Positions 38,606-48,595 are shown, counted from the stretch's first letter. The stretch: DNA of 64,000 bases from Patescibacteria group bacterium (GCA_028704015.1 JAQVLT010000006.1:10102-74101), one strand, 5' to 3'. The notes: generated by a model from the sequence alone, not told the origin. Made by a program: numbers and translations.

Positions 38606-39811
38606 ATGATTAGTTTTGAAGTTAAAAATAATTTTCTTATACTTATCTACAATGCAGAGAGCGAAAACAATGAATGGGTTTTTAATAAAATAAAAGAGTC
38701 TGGTAAAGTTACACTCAGACAAACTTTTACTTTCACCGAGGAAGATTTACATAACATTAATCTAAAATCAGTAGATGAAAATGATTATGAAAAACCAATA
38801 AAATTTTCACTTGCGAAATTAGCAGATGGCTATTTTAAAATTGAAAAAAGAATATTACTAATAGATTATTTTGTATTTATATATAAAGACGTAAAAATAT
38901 CATTAAATTTTTTTATGTCAACAAAAAACATCTCAATATTTAAAATAATAAATAAACTAACAAGCGAAGATGTTTACATTGGGGGTAATAGCCCTGATGC
39001 CATACCCAAAAAAGTTTTTTTTGAACTTATTGAAAATTTTCCCAATAATTATGAGGTAGCTAAATACGTTAACGCACGTATTAGCTCCATTTTAAGAGAC
39101 TATTTTGACTCAACAATCGATAGCGAAAAAGAATACAATCAATACATGAATAAAAAAATAAGTCATAGGGGAAAAAATTTATCAATCCTATTTGTGGATA
39201 ATGAACTAAATAAATATAAAATCATTTTAGATAAACTCAGGGAGATGCTAAAAGATGAAGATAAATATAACGAAAAACAATGGCAAGAAGAAATCATACA
39301 AATAATATTATTTATATTTCCCAAATATATTAGAGTTTTTAACGAAGCTCCTGTAAGGGACACATACAACAACAAAACAAGACTTATTGATTACTTATTA
39401 ATTGATTCAAATGGAAATACTGATATTATTGAAATAAAAAAACCCTTTAGTCATTGTATTGTAACAAAAACCGTATACAGAGATAACTACATCCCCTTAA
39501 GAGAATTATCTGGTACCGTTATGCAAATCGAAAAATATATTTTCTATCTGAATAAATGGGGAAAAAAGGGTGAAAATAAATTAACAAATAAATATAAAAA
39601 CGAGCTTCCAAACAAATTTCAAATAAAAATTACAAACCCTGGCGGTATTATAATTATGGGTAGAGAAGATAAACTATCAACAGCTCAAAAACATGACTTT
39701 GAAGTAATAAAAAGAAAATATAAAAATATTATTGATATTATAACTTATGATGATTTACTGAAAAGATTGCAATTTATTATAGATCGATTAGAAAATTTAT
39801 CCAAAAAATAA
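38606..39811 (+). CDS. Shedu-like (DUF4263) PD-(D/E)xK nuclease
   Basis: 401 aa. C-terminal LIDYLLIDSNGNTDIIEIKKP (D...ExK), QIEKY, PGGIIIMGR, ITYDDLL, as in SduA-family proteins from memory. Confidence 0.6.
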   Translation: MISFEVKNNFLILIYNAESENNEWVFNKIKESGKVTLRQTFTFTEEDLHNINLKSVDENDYEKPIKFSLAKLADGYFKIEKRILLIDYFVFIYKDVKISLNFFMSTKNISIFKIINKLTSEDVYIGGNSPDAIPKKVFFELIENFPNNYEVAKYVNARISSILRDYFDSTIDSEKEYNQYMNKKISHRGKNLSILFVDNELNKYKIILDKLREMLKDEDKYNEKQWQEEIIQIILFIFPKYIRVFNEAPVRDTYNNKTRLIDYLLIDSNGNTDIIEIKKPFSHCIVTKTVYRDNYIPLRELSGTVMQIEKYIFYLNKWGKKGENKLTNKYKNELPNKFQIKITNPGGIIIMGREDKLSTAQKHDFEVIKRKYKNIIDIITYDDLLKRLQFIIDRLENLSKK

Positions 39812-39830
39812 TTAATTAAAATGCTATAAT

Positions 39831-39896
39831 GAGTTTTAGATTATGGGCATTCACCCCTAACCCCTCTGCCCAAAATCTAAAACGAAAAAAACAAAA
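39831..39896 (+). repeat. conserved hairpin with C-rich loop (TTTTAGATTaTGGGCA-TTCACCCCTAACCCCTC-TGCCCAAAATCTAAAA), copy 1
   Basis: A near-identical copy lies at 47763-47825. Both sit after the last ORF of a cassette. Confidence 0.85.
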
Positions 39897-39954
39897 CTGA
39901 ATTCTTTTTGCGAGTAATCCCAATAGCTATCGGGATTAAAGAAAAATATATACA

Positions 39955-40054
39955 TCAGCTAACACGGCATATCCGGTTGCGGCTTTTATACAAAAGCCTA
40001 CACCCACATTTGCCTCCGCTACGCTACGGCAAACATCAGATATGCCGAAACGTT
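39955..40054 (+). other. attC-like site 4
   Basis: TCAGCTAAC-AC-GGCATATCCGG ... CATCAGATATGCC-GAAAC-GTT. Its R'' is the reverse complement of GTTAGCTGA at 36230. Confidence 0.7.
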
Positions 40055-40228
40055 CCGCCGAAATCGCTCGCTTACGCTCGCTCCTTTTCGGCGGAACGGC
40101 TTCGGAATCCTTCCTCGTCCCGCTCAGTCGCTCGCAAGCTCGCGACATCGCGGAACTCGGAATACGCGAAATTGCCTTTCGTCCCGAAGCGTCGGGACTC
40201 CGGCAACTTCGCTTATTCCGAAGCCGTT
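40052..40228 (+). repeat. 177-bp element copy E5 (short variant)
   Basis: Identical to E4 by eye. Confidence 0.95.
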
Positions 40229-40420
40229 ATACGCAATTCAAAAAATATTTTTCTTTTAATAAGGAATTTTGACAGGCTTTTTAAAAAGGGGAATAAATTT
40301 GTTTTTTTATTTATTAGAAAGGGGTAATATTGTGTTTTTTCTGCTTTTGGAGGCGCAGAAAAAACGATTTACTTACAAGGGGAAAACGGGTACTATACAA
40401 TTACTTATTAGGAATAAACT

Positions 40421-41614
40421 ATGGCAAATAAAAATCTTACAAATGCTAAAAAGGCAAAGAATGATGAATTTTATACTCAATTTTCAGATATTCAAAAAGA
40501 AGTTGAGTCCTATCTTGAATATGACGCTAACACTTTCAAAGGGAAAGTAGTTTATAGCAACTGCGACGACCCATTTGAGAGTAATTTCTTCCGCTATTTT
40601 GTCCTAAATTTTAAAAGACTAGGGATGAAAAGACTTATTGCAACTAGTTACAAACCGTCACCAGTTGCGAATACTCAATTAGAGCTTTTTGGAAATGATA
40701 CTACTCTTAAACCCATGAAAGGACGCCCGAAAATAACTGCTAATAAATTCATTATTAACGAAGTTGGTGATGTGAATGGCGACGGTTCTTTTACGCTAGA
40801 AGATATTGCCCTACAACTTAAAGCAAACAAAAACAACGAATGGTCTCCGCTTGAGGGTGATGGTGACTTCAGGAGTGATGAGTGTGTCGAGTTACTCAAG
40901 CAATCTGATATTGTCGTCACTAATCCTCCGTTTAGTTTATTTCGTGAATATATAACTCAACTCTTTGAACATAAAAAACAATTTCTAATCATCGGAAATC
41001 TCAATGCAATAACTTACAAGGAAATTTTTCCAATGATCAAAGCGAATAAAGTTTGTTTGGGAAATAATGCAAGAGTTAATGGTGGTGCAATGTTTTATGA
41101 GATTCCAGAAGCTGTTGCAAACTTGGATCAAGTTCGTGAAATCAAAACGGATGAAAAAGGTAAAAAGGTATATATAACAAGAGTCCAGGGAGTTCGTTGG
41201 TTTACAAACCTTGACCACGGACGACTACACCAACCTATTCCCCTAATGAGTCATGCCGACGTCTTAAAGTTCAGTACAAATAAGCCATTCGTACACTATG
41301 ACAATTATGATGCTATTGAAATTGCTTTAGTAAAAAATATTCCTAAAGACTACAACGGCGTTATGGGCGTACCAATCAGTTTTTTAGATAAGTATTCACC
41401 CGATCAATTTGAGATTTTAGGGACAAGCGATAACGGTCTCGTAGATGACAAGTACAAAACATCGCTAGGTTTAAAAAAACAATTTGTAGAAGACTACTAC
41501 AAAGCTGGGGGCACTGGTGCCTACAAAGAAGGTAATCCAACAGCGGGTTTTTACGAAGACGGCATCGCAAAAATGGCTTACAAGCGAATTTTTATAAAAC
41601 ACAAGAAAAACTAA
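40421..41614 (+). CDS. N6-adenine DNA methyltransferase, EcoRI-methylase-like family
   Basis: 397 aa with N-terminal NDEFYTQ and catalytic VVTNPPFSLF (NPPF). Confidence 0.75.
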   Translation: MANKNLTNAKKAKNDEFYTQFSDIQKEVESYLEYDANTFKGKVVYSNCDDPFESNFFRYFVLNFKRLGMKRLIATSYKPSPVANTQLELFGNDTTLKPMKGRPKITANKFIINEVGDVNGDGSFTLEDIALQLKANKNNEWSPLEGDGDFRSDECVELLKQSDIVVTNPPFSLFREYITQLFEHKKQFLIIGNLNAITYKEIFPMIKANKVCLGNNARVNGGAMFYEIPEAVANLDQVREIKTDEKGKKVYITRVQGVRWFTNLDHGRLHQPIPLMSHADVLKFSTNKPFVHYDNYDAIEIALVKNIPKDYNGVMGVPISFLDKYSPDQFEILGTSDNGLVDDKYKTSLGLKKQFVEDYYKAGGTGAYKEGNPTAGFYEDGIAKMAYKRIFIKHKKN

Positions 41615-41615
41615 C

Positions 41616-42878
41616 ATGAAAAAAGTTAAAGTTTCAATTCAAGATGAAAACACGTTGGTTTTATTAGAAGATGGATCAAGGGGTGATTTAATTGACCTCA
41701 GGTCCATACATGAAGCTGATATTGATAAAACAACCATTACAAATGTGGTTAACTCCATAAAACGTGATGTTTTTAATGCTGAACTCCAAAAAGAAAAAAA
41801 TGTCATTAAGCGTGAAAATGAATTAAAGCTTGAACTCAAGGAAAAAGAGTTCAAAAGCCGCGCAAAAGAAGATTTAATGGAGAAAGACAAGGAAATTATT
41901 GCACTTAATTCAGAACTAAAAAATATCGCTGAGAAAACAGAATCAGCTATAAAACTTAAAGATATTCAAGAGAAGCAAAAGATAGAGGAGGAATACAGAG
42001 AAAAGTTGAACGAGAAAGAAATTGAGATAAATAACATCAAGCACGAGAAAGAATTAAGCGAGGAAAAACTAAAAGAACAAATCAAGTCAACAGAGACAGC
42101 TCTTGTTTCACTAAAGGAAATGCGCACCAAGATGAGTACTAAGATGATTGGTGAGTCTCTTGAAGTACACTGCGAAAATGAATTTAATCGTATTCGTCAT
42201 ATAGCATTTCCTAATGCAAAGTTTGGTAAAGATAATGCCGTATCAGAATCTGGTTCAAAGGGAGACTACGTTTATCGCGAAGTTGATGAAGATGGCAATG
42301 AGATTTTGTCCATTATGTTTGAAATGAAGAACGAGGATGACATTACCGCTACAAAGAAAAAGAATAAAGATTTCTTTAAGGAACTAGATAAAGATCGTCA
42401 GGAGAAAAAATGTGAATATGCTGTCTTGGTAAGTCTCCTTGAAAAAGATAATGAATATTATGATGACATTGTTCCTGTTTATGAATATAAACTTATGTAT
42501 GCTATCCGCCCCCAGCATTTCATTACTATCATTGGATTTCTACGACAAGCAAATATAAAATCACAGCACCTCAAGCGTGAAATTCACATACTTAACAATC
42601 AAAATGTTGACGTTTCAAACTTTGAAGCAAACATGAATGCATTTAAGGAGGCATTCTCAAGAAATTTCAGTTTGGCATCAACACAATTCTCTAACGCTAT
42701 TGCAGAGATAGATAAAACCATTGACCATTTAAATAAAGTCAAAGAAAATCTTCTAAAATCTGATAACAACCTACGACTTGCAAATAATAAGGCCACCGAC
42801 TTATCTATAAAGAAACTAACCTCCAATAGTCCAAGCGTAGCCAAAGCATTCGAAGAAATTAATAATGAAAATAAATAA
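41616..42878 (+). CDS. DUF2130 protein (coiled coil plus C-terminal PD-(D/E)xK-like module)
   Basis: 420 aa. [47 protein letters not shown] match the DUF2130 pattern from memory. Confidence 0.7.
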   Translation: MKKVKVSIQDENTLVLLEDGSRGDLIDLRSIHEADIDKTTITNVVNSIKRDVFNAELQKEKNVIKRENELKLELKEKEFKSRAKEDLMEKDKEIIALNSELKNIAEKTESAIKLKDIQEKQKIEEEYREKLNEKEIEINNIKHEKELSEEKLKEQIKSTETALVSLKEMRTKMSTKMIGESLEVHCENEFNRIRHIAFPNAKFGKDNAVSESGSKGDYVYREVDEDGNEILSIMFEMKNEDDITATKKKNKDFFKELDKDRQEKKCEYAVLVSLLEKDNEYYDDIVPVYEYKLMYAIRPQHFITIIGFLRQANIKSQHLKREIHILNNQNVDVSNFEANMNAFKEAFSRNFSLASTQFSNAIAEIDKTIDHLNKVKENLLKSDNNLRLANNKATDLSIKKLTSNSPSVAKAFEEINNENK

Positions 42879-42880
42879 TT

Positions 42881-44044
42881 ATGAAAACCACACTAAAAAA
42901 TGACATCACGATAAAAGAAGTTTGCGATGGTTTTGTATATAATGAACTTGAAGGCAAAGGGCTGTTCGGTCTCTCGGGCAAACTAACTATTCAGCCAGAG
43001 TATCAGCGTAATTACATTTACGCTGACGGCAAATGTGACGTTGCTGTAATTGACTCAATTTTAAAAGGTTACCCAATAGGTTTAATTTATTTCAACCATG
43101 TTAGCACTGATAAATTTGAAGTGCTCGACGGACAGCAACGCATCACTAGTATTGGTCGGTTTGTGACAGGCAAGTTTGCCGTCAAAGATAAAAATGGACA
43201 TGAACAATATTACAGTGGCATGGCTACCAGTCAACGCGAGCAAATAATGAACGCTAAATTGTTAGTGTATTTGTGTAAAGGTGATGAGCTTGAGATTAAG
43301 GATTGGTTTAAAACTATCAATATCGCCGGAGTACCATTAACCGAACAAGAGATTCTCAATGCAGTATATTCTGGAACATTTGTTACTCGCGCTCGCGAAG
43401 AATTCAGTAATAGCCAAAATACCAACATTCAGAAATGGAGTACCTATATTGCAGGTGATATCAAACGCCAAGCATATTTAGAACGGGCTTTAGATTGGGT
43501 TTCTGGTGGAGAAATCGATAGCTACATGAGTAAACATCGGAACGATAAAAACATCACTGAACTGAAAAAGCATTTCGATACTGTCATTGACTGGGTTTCA
43601 ACCACCTTCACGGACGTTGAAAGTGAAATGAAGGGTCTTGAGTGGAACAGGCTTTACCAAACTTACCACAAGAAAAAATACAACCCAGCAATAGTTTCTG
43701 CTAAGGTTCAGAAACTCTATGCTGACGGCTTTGTAAAAAGTCGTAAAGGCATTTTTGAATATGTTTTAGGTGGAGAAGTAGAAACAAAACTGCTTGAAGT
43801 TCGAGTATTTGAAGACCCGACAAAACGTTCAGTGTATGAAGCTCAAACTTCCGCCGCAAAAAATAAAGGCATTTCAAATTGCTCGCATTGCGCGATTGGT
43901 CACGATGCGAACAAAACGAAAATTTGGGGTTTGAGCGATATGGATGCCGATCATGTTTCGGCTTGGAGCAAGGGCGGTGCAACAGATGTAAAAAATTGTG
44001 AGATGTTGTGTAAGACGCACAATCGAGCAAAGGGAAATCGTTAA
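42881..44044 (+). CDS. DUF262 (ParB/GmrS-like, DGQQR) plus C-terminal HNH endonuclease
   Basis: 387 aa. [19 protein letters not shown], and C-terminal [32 protein letters not shown]. Confidence 0.75.
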   Translation: MKTTLKNDITIKEVCDGFVYNELEGKGLFGLSGKLTIQPEYQRNYIYADGKCDVAVIDSILKGYPIGLIYFNHVSTDKFEVLDGQQRITSIGRFVTGKFAVKDKNGHEQYYSGMATSQREQIMNAKLLVYLCKGDELEIKDWFKTINIAGVPLTEQEILNAVYSGTFVTRAREEFSNSQNTNIQKWSTYIAGDIKRQAYLERALDWVSGGEIDSYMSKHRNDKNITELKKHFDTVIDWVSTTFTDVESEMKGLEWNRLYQTYHKKKYNPAIVSAKVQKLYADGFVKSRKGIFEYVLGGEVETKLLEVRVFEDPTKRSVYEAQTSAAKNKGISNCSHCAIGHDANKTKIWGLSDMDADHVSAWSKGGATDVKNCEMLCKTHNRAKGNR

Positions 44045-44145
44045 CCAAATAATTAAAATCAGTATGGAAAATGCTTAAAAAATAAATTGAGGATATAATG
44101 GAGAAAGTGAAATGTACATATATAATTTAGGCTAAAGACAGCAAT

Positions 44146-44173
44146 AAAAAACGCCTACCGGGGGCGTTTTTTG
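44146..44173 (+). terminator. intrinsic terminator
   Basis: AAAAAACGCC-TACCGGG-GGCGTTTTTTG. Confidence 0.75.
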
Positions 44174-44247
44174 TATTAATAGAGTTAAATACAGAAAGGT
44201 AAAGCATAAAAGAAAATGATAATTATTTGTTTTTGTGTCCCATTTTG

Positions 44248-44276
44248 TTGCGCTGGTGTCCCAAATATGCTAATAT
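44248..44276 (+). promoter_or_regulatory. promoter TTGCGC-17-TAATAT flanked and overlapped by a GTGTCCCA direct repeat
   Basis: tttGTGTCCCAttttgTTGCGCtgGTGTCCCAaatatgcTAATAT. It lies 40 nt upstream of the AAA ATPase gene. Confidence 0.5.
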
Positions 44277-44316
44277 ATTAAGTGTGGATAAAATAAATTC
44301 ATTTCATTTAAAATAA

Positions 44317-45363
44317 ATGTATATGCGCAAAAAAAACATTTTAAATTTAATTAAATATCATGCCGAAAAAAATGAGGCGGGTTTTAAAAATGAAGCCTAT
44401 GACATAGCAAGATATTTCGATTCTACTGGTGACTCTGAATTGGCTCAATATATTATGGCCTTACTGTCTGGCGCTAATACTTTTGTGCCGCAGGACAACG
44501 AATACAATCTTCCATTTTTTATGAAAGCAAATTTAGATAGTAGCAAATCCTTCCCACTTCCCACTCTTATAACAAACGATATAGTGGGCATTATAAATTC
44601 AATTGGACATAAGATTGGGGTTAACAAATTCTTATTTGAGGGTGATCCTGGAACAGGCAAAACTGAAACAGCAAAACAAATTGCTCGTATTCTTGAACGA
44701 GATTTATATGTGATAGATTTTGATAGTGTTATAGATAGCAAGCTTGGTCAAACGTCCAAAAACATTGCTTCCGTTTTTACAGAGTTACAAAGATTGCCTC
44801 ACCCAGAAAAAGTCATTATTTTATTTGACGAGATAGACGCAATAGCTTTAGATAGAATTAACTCTAACGATTTACGAGAAATGGGGAGAGTAACTTCTTC
44901 TGTTTTAAAAGGGTTGGATGGATTAAATGATGAAGTTGTTCTTATAGCCACCACTAATCTTTTTGGGCAATTCGATAAGGCTTTACTTAGAAGATTTGAT
45001 TCAATTATAAATTTTAATAGGTATAACAAAGAAGAATTGATTGAAGTCGCAGAATCTATGTTAAATGAGTTTTTAACAAAATTTAAATTTGCTAGTCGTA
45101 ATATGAGGCTTTTTAAAAAAATATTTTTAACATTAGACCATATTCCTTATCCTGGTGATTTGAAAAATATAATTAAAACCGCACTAGCATTTAGTGATCC
45201 AAATAATGAATATGATTACTTAAAAAAATTATATGAATCTATACAACCTAAAGACAAAAAGATAGATTTAAAAAAATTACAGTACAGCGGTTTTACGGTT
45301 AGAGAAATAGAAATATTAACAGGAGTTTCTAAAAGCCAAGTGTCGAGAGAACTAAATGTCTAA
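44317..45363 (+). CDS. AAA+ ATPase, IetA-like, with C-terminal HTH
   Basis: 348 aa. Walker A GDPGTGKTE, Walker B VIILFDEIDA, ATTN sensor. C-terminal FTVREIEILTGVSKSQVSREL. Confidence 0.75.
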   Translation: MYMRKKNILNLIKYHAEKNEAGFKNEAYDIARYFDSTGDSELAQYIMALLSGANTFVPQDNEYNLPFFMKANLDSSKSFPLPTLITNDIVGIINSIGHKIGVNKFLFEGDPGTGKTETAKQIARILERDLYVIDFDSVIDSKLGQTSKNIASVFTELQRLPHPEKVIILFDEIDAIALDRINSNDLREMGRVTSSVLKGLDGLNDEVVLIATTNLFGQFDKALLRRFDSIINFNRYNKEELIEVAESMLNEFLTKFKFASRNMRLFKKIFLTLDHIPYPGDLKNIIKTALAFSDPNNEYDYLKKLYESIQPKDKKIDLKKLQYSGFTVREIEILTGVSKSQVSRELNV

Positions 45364-47611
45364 AATTATGAACAATATTCTTCAATTAAAAGGTGTCCTT
45401 CAAGAACGTTCGCATATTGGCCGGCCAAGCTCTCGTAATGTTCCAAAAAATTCCCCAACTATAAATTCTGATAAACTAAAAAATTTGGTTAGACAGCTCC
45501 AGGATCTTGCTGATTATTGGACTAGGCAAAATATTATTAAGGGTTGCTTAGTTGATGTTTGTTATATCGACGTCATCGCTAAGAGTAATAGAATTAGTGG
45601 GTTATTATCAAGTAGTGGCTCTGTAAATGACTCTGTTGTTGGTGCAAGATTTGCTAATGAAGAGACAAGAAAACATGTGATTACGCATCATGTCAGCGAA
45701 AAAGTAATTCAGGATACAATTAAAAAATTAGAAGGCTGTATAAAGCTATTAGATGAAATATTTAGCGGAAAGATAACCCATGATTTGATTGGTGGTTTAA
45801 ATGATAAAAATATAAAGTATGAAAAATATGGGGTAACAAAAACAAATTTTCGAAATATAATTGTAGATTCACATTATGTAGAAGGTTTTACGGTTCCAAA
45901 TAACAGTGCAAACACAAATAATAGATCAATAATTACAATATATAAAACTAATGTTGGTTTAACTGAATTAATGAAAGATATCGGTATAAACGTTCAGCCT
46001 GATAAAATACTAAGTGAAACCACCTTGCTTTTATACCCAGATGAAATCAAACTCTTGTCAGACAAGGCACCATATCTAATTGCAATGTCGACAGAAGATA
46101 TATCTAAACTAAGTTTTAAAGATATTGTTGATGGCGCAAACAGCGAATCTGCTATAAAAACAATAGGATCACCCAAAGACGAACCTATTGTTGGCGTAAT
46201 AGATACTTTATTTGATGAATCAGTGTATTTTTCTGAATGGGTGGATTTTAGAAAAATGATCAATAAAGAAATACCTACGGAATCCAAAGATTATGTTCAC
46301 GGAACATCGGTAAGTTCAATTATTGTTGATGGGCCAACTATTCACCCAGAGCTAGATGATGGGTGTGGCAGATTCAGAGTTAGGCATTTTGGTGTAGCCG
46401 CACAAGGACAGTATAGCGCCTTTTCTATTATGAAAGCCATAAAAGAGATAGTTACTTCAAATCCAGATATAAAGGTATGGAATCTGTCTTTGGGATCCGA
46501 CAGAGAAATTAATCCCAATTTTATATCACCAGAAGCAGCTATACTAGATGAAATTCAATATGAAAATAATGTTATTTTTGTAATAGCAGGCACTAATAAA
46601 CGCGACGATGAAAGTAGGGTAGAAAAAATGATTGGCTCGCCCGCCGATTCAATTAATGCTATAGTTGTAAATTCGGTAAATAGTAAGGGATCTCCAGCAA
46701 CCTATTCCAGAAAGGGGTTAGTTTTATCATTTTTTAATAAACCAGACGTTAGTAGTTATGGAGGTGATAATGGCGATTATCTTAGGGTGTGTACACCAAC
46801 TGGCGAAGGTTTGTGCAGTGGTACTTCATACGCAGCTCCATGGGTAACTCGAAAAATTGCTTACTTGATAGAAGTACTCGGACTTAATCGAGAAGTCGCA
46901 AAAGCGCTAATTGTAGACGCTGCTGCTGGGTGGAATAGTATTGGCAATAATACTAAATTAGCACCCTTTGTGGGCCATGGGGTAGTACCTAAAAATATAG
47001 AAAACATTATAAAAGCGGATAATGATGAAATAAAGTTTATCATAAGTGGTATCTCTGAGAAATGGGATACATATGCTTATAATTTACCTGTTCCAACACA
47101 TAATAATAAACACCCTTTTGTTGCCAAAGCTACCTTATGTTATTTTCCCGGCTGCTCTATTAATCAAGGAGTTGATTACACAAACACAGAACTAGATATA
47201 TATTTTGGTAGAATTAAAGACAAGGGTATTAAGTCTATAAACAAGAATTGTCAAAATAATGATGACGGCGAAAAACATTATATATACGAAGGTAATGCCA
47301 GGGAATTTTACCGAAAATGGGACAACACTAAACATATAAATGAAATTCTTACAGATAGAGTTCATGCACGCGACGTTTACGATAAAGGCATGTGGGGACT
47401 AAGTATTAAATCAAAAGAAAGATTGAGTAGGCGTAGCAATGGTATTAATTTTGGTTTAGTTGTGACATTAAAGGAGATTTATGGAGTTAATAGAATTAAT
47501 GATTTTGTACATCAATGCGAATTACTTGGCTGGTTGGTAAATCGTGTAGATATAGATAATAAAATTGATATCTATAACAAGGCTCAGGAAATAGTTACAT
47601 TTGATAAGTAA
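45356..47611 (+). CDS. S8 subtilisin-like serine peptidase, IetS-like
   Basis: 751 aa with triad contexts VGVIDTLFD, HGTSVSSII, GTSYAAPWV. It overlaps the ATPase gene by 8 nt. Confidence 0.75.
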   Translation: MSKIMNNILQLKGVLQERSHIGRPSSRNVPKNSPTINSDKLKNLVRQLQDLADYWTRQNIIKGCLVDVCYIDVIAKSNRISGLLSSSGSVNDSVVGARFANEETRKHVITHHVSEKVIQDTIKKLEGCIKLLDEIFSGKITHDLIGGLNDKNIKYEKYGVTKTNFRNIIVDSHYVEGFTVPNNSANTNNRSIITIYKTNVGLTELMKDIGINVQPDKILSETTLLLYPDEIKLLSDKAPYLIAMSTEDISKLSFKDIVDGANSESAIKTIGSPKDEPIVGVIDTLFDESVYFSEWVDFRKMINKEIPTESKDYVHGTSVSSIIVDGPTIHPELDDGCGRFRVRHFGVAAQGQYSAFSIMKAIKEIVTSNPDIKVWNLSLGSDREINPNFISPEAAILDEIQYENNVIFVIAGTNKRDDESRVEKMIGSPADSINAIVVNSVNSKGSPATYSRKGLVLSFFNKPDVSSYGGDNGDYLRVCTPTGEGLCSGTSYAAPWVTRKIAYLIEVLGLNREVAKALIVDAAAGWNSIGNNTKLAPFVGHGVVPKNIENIIKADNDEIKFIISGISEKWDTYAYNLPVPTHNNKHPFVAKATLCYFPGCSINQGVDYTNTELDIYFGRIKDKGIKSINKNCQNNDDGEKHYIYEGNAREFYRKWDNTKHINEILTDRVHARDVYDKGMWGLSIKSKERLSRRSNGINFGLVVTLKEIYGVNRINDFVHQCELLGWLVNRVDIDNKIDIYNKAQEIVTFDK

Positions 47612-47762
47612 CCGTTAGTTTACAATTCCATCGGAGCTGTGTAAAAACAAAAGTACGTTTAATAGTATCACCAAAAAGTTTTAGGGATCAAACCCAAATA
47701 AAAGACAAAAATTCCCTCCCCTTAAACCCCTTCCTTTTTGCCTTTTATTTGAAAAGAATAAG

Positions 47763-47825
47763 GAGTTTTAGATTTTGGGCATTCACCCCTAACCCCTCTG
47801 CCCAAAATCCAAAACAAAAAACAAA
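47763..47825 (+). repeat. conserved hairpin with C-rich loop, copy 2
   Basis: Matches 39831-39896. It is preceded by a second AT-stem/C-rich-loop hairpin at about 47697-47755. Confidence 0.85.
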
Positions 47826-47879
47826 TTTATTATTAAGTAGCCTATCAAAATATTATTTTATTTAAAATATTTTTGAACA

Positions 47880-48005
47880 GCGTATAACACGGCATAATCT
47901 GGTTCCAGAATTTTTCATTAACAGTTAATAATAAGGAGTAAAAAATTCTTACACCCATATTTGCCTCCGCTACGCTACGGCAAACATCAGATATGCCGAT
48001 ACGTT
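47880..48005 (+). other. attC-like site 5
   Basis: GCGTATAAC-AC-GGCATAATCTGG ... CATCAGATATGCC-GATAC-GTT. Its R'' is the reverse complement of GTTATACGC at 40226. Confidence 0.7.
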
Positions 48006-48181
48006 CCGCCGAAATCGCTCGCTTACGCTCGCTCCTTTTCGGCGGAACGGCTTCGGAATCCTTCCTCGTCCCGCTCAGTCGCTCGCTCACGCTCGCGACA
48101 TCGCGGAACTCGGAATACGCGAAATTGCCTTTCGTCCCGAAGCGTCGGGACTCCGGCAACTTCGCTTATCCCGAAGCCGTT
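48003..48181 (+). repeat. 179-bp element copy E6
   Basis: As E1 with one substitution (TTATCCCGAAG). Confidence 0.95.
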
Positions 48182-48219
48182 AGACGAAATTTTTCAAAGC
48201 TACTAACAAAAATGAATAT

Positions 48220-48531
48220 ATGAAAAAAATTATTATCATTTCAACAATTATTATTCTGATTCTAGTAACTATTACTGGATTTATTTATTTTTATATGAAC
48301 CAAGGGTCTGATATTTCCGGGTTTCCAGATTATTATAAAAATTTAGCCAAAGAATGTGAATTAAAGCTAAGTCATGATTGTTGCATGTCTTCAGTAAACA
48401 TAATGACTAATGGAAATTATCAATTAGCTCCTGGCAAAACATTAGCAGAAAGCGGCTGCCCGGAAGGATATCAACCAAATATGTTAAAATGTATTGATAG
48501 CTTCAGATGGTGTGAGCCAATAAAACGGTAG
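48220..48531 (+). CDS. small secreted/membrane-anchored Cys-rich protein (cassette C6)
   Basis: 103 aa with an N-terminal TM helix and 7 Cys in the ectodomain. Confidence 0.55.
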   Translation: MKKIIIISTIIILILVTITGFIYFYMNQGSDISGFPDYYKNLAKECELKLSHDCCMSSVNIMTNGNYQLAPGKTLAESGCPEGYQPNMLKCIDSFRWCEPIKR

Positions 48532-48543
48532 TTTTGAAAAACA

Positions 48544-48595
48544 TCACTTAACACGCAATAAGCGACATTAAAACAATCGCTTATTGCGGGACGTT
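48544..48595 (+). other. attC-like site 6 (compact, no 179-bp element)
   Basis: TCACTTAAC-AC-GCAATAAGCGA-CATTAAAACAA-TCGCTTATTGC-GGGAC-GTT. Confidence 0.75.

Noticed and set aside
40269-40550. A 93-aa ORF spanning the cassette leader and the start of the MTase gene.
   Set aside because: It is out of frame with the motif-bearing MTase ORF, and it is translated from the conserved non-coding leader shared with cassette C4.
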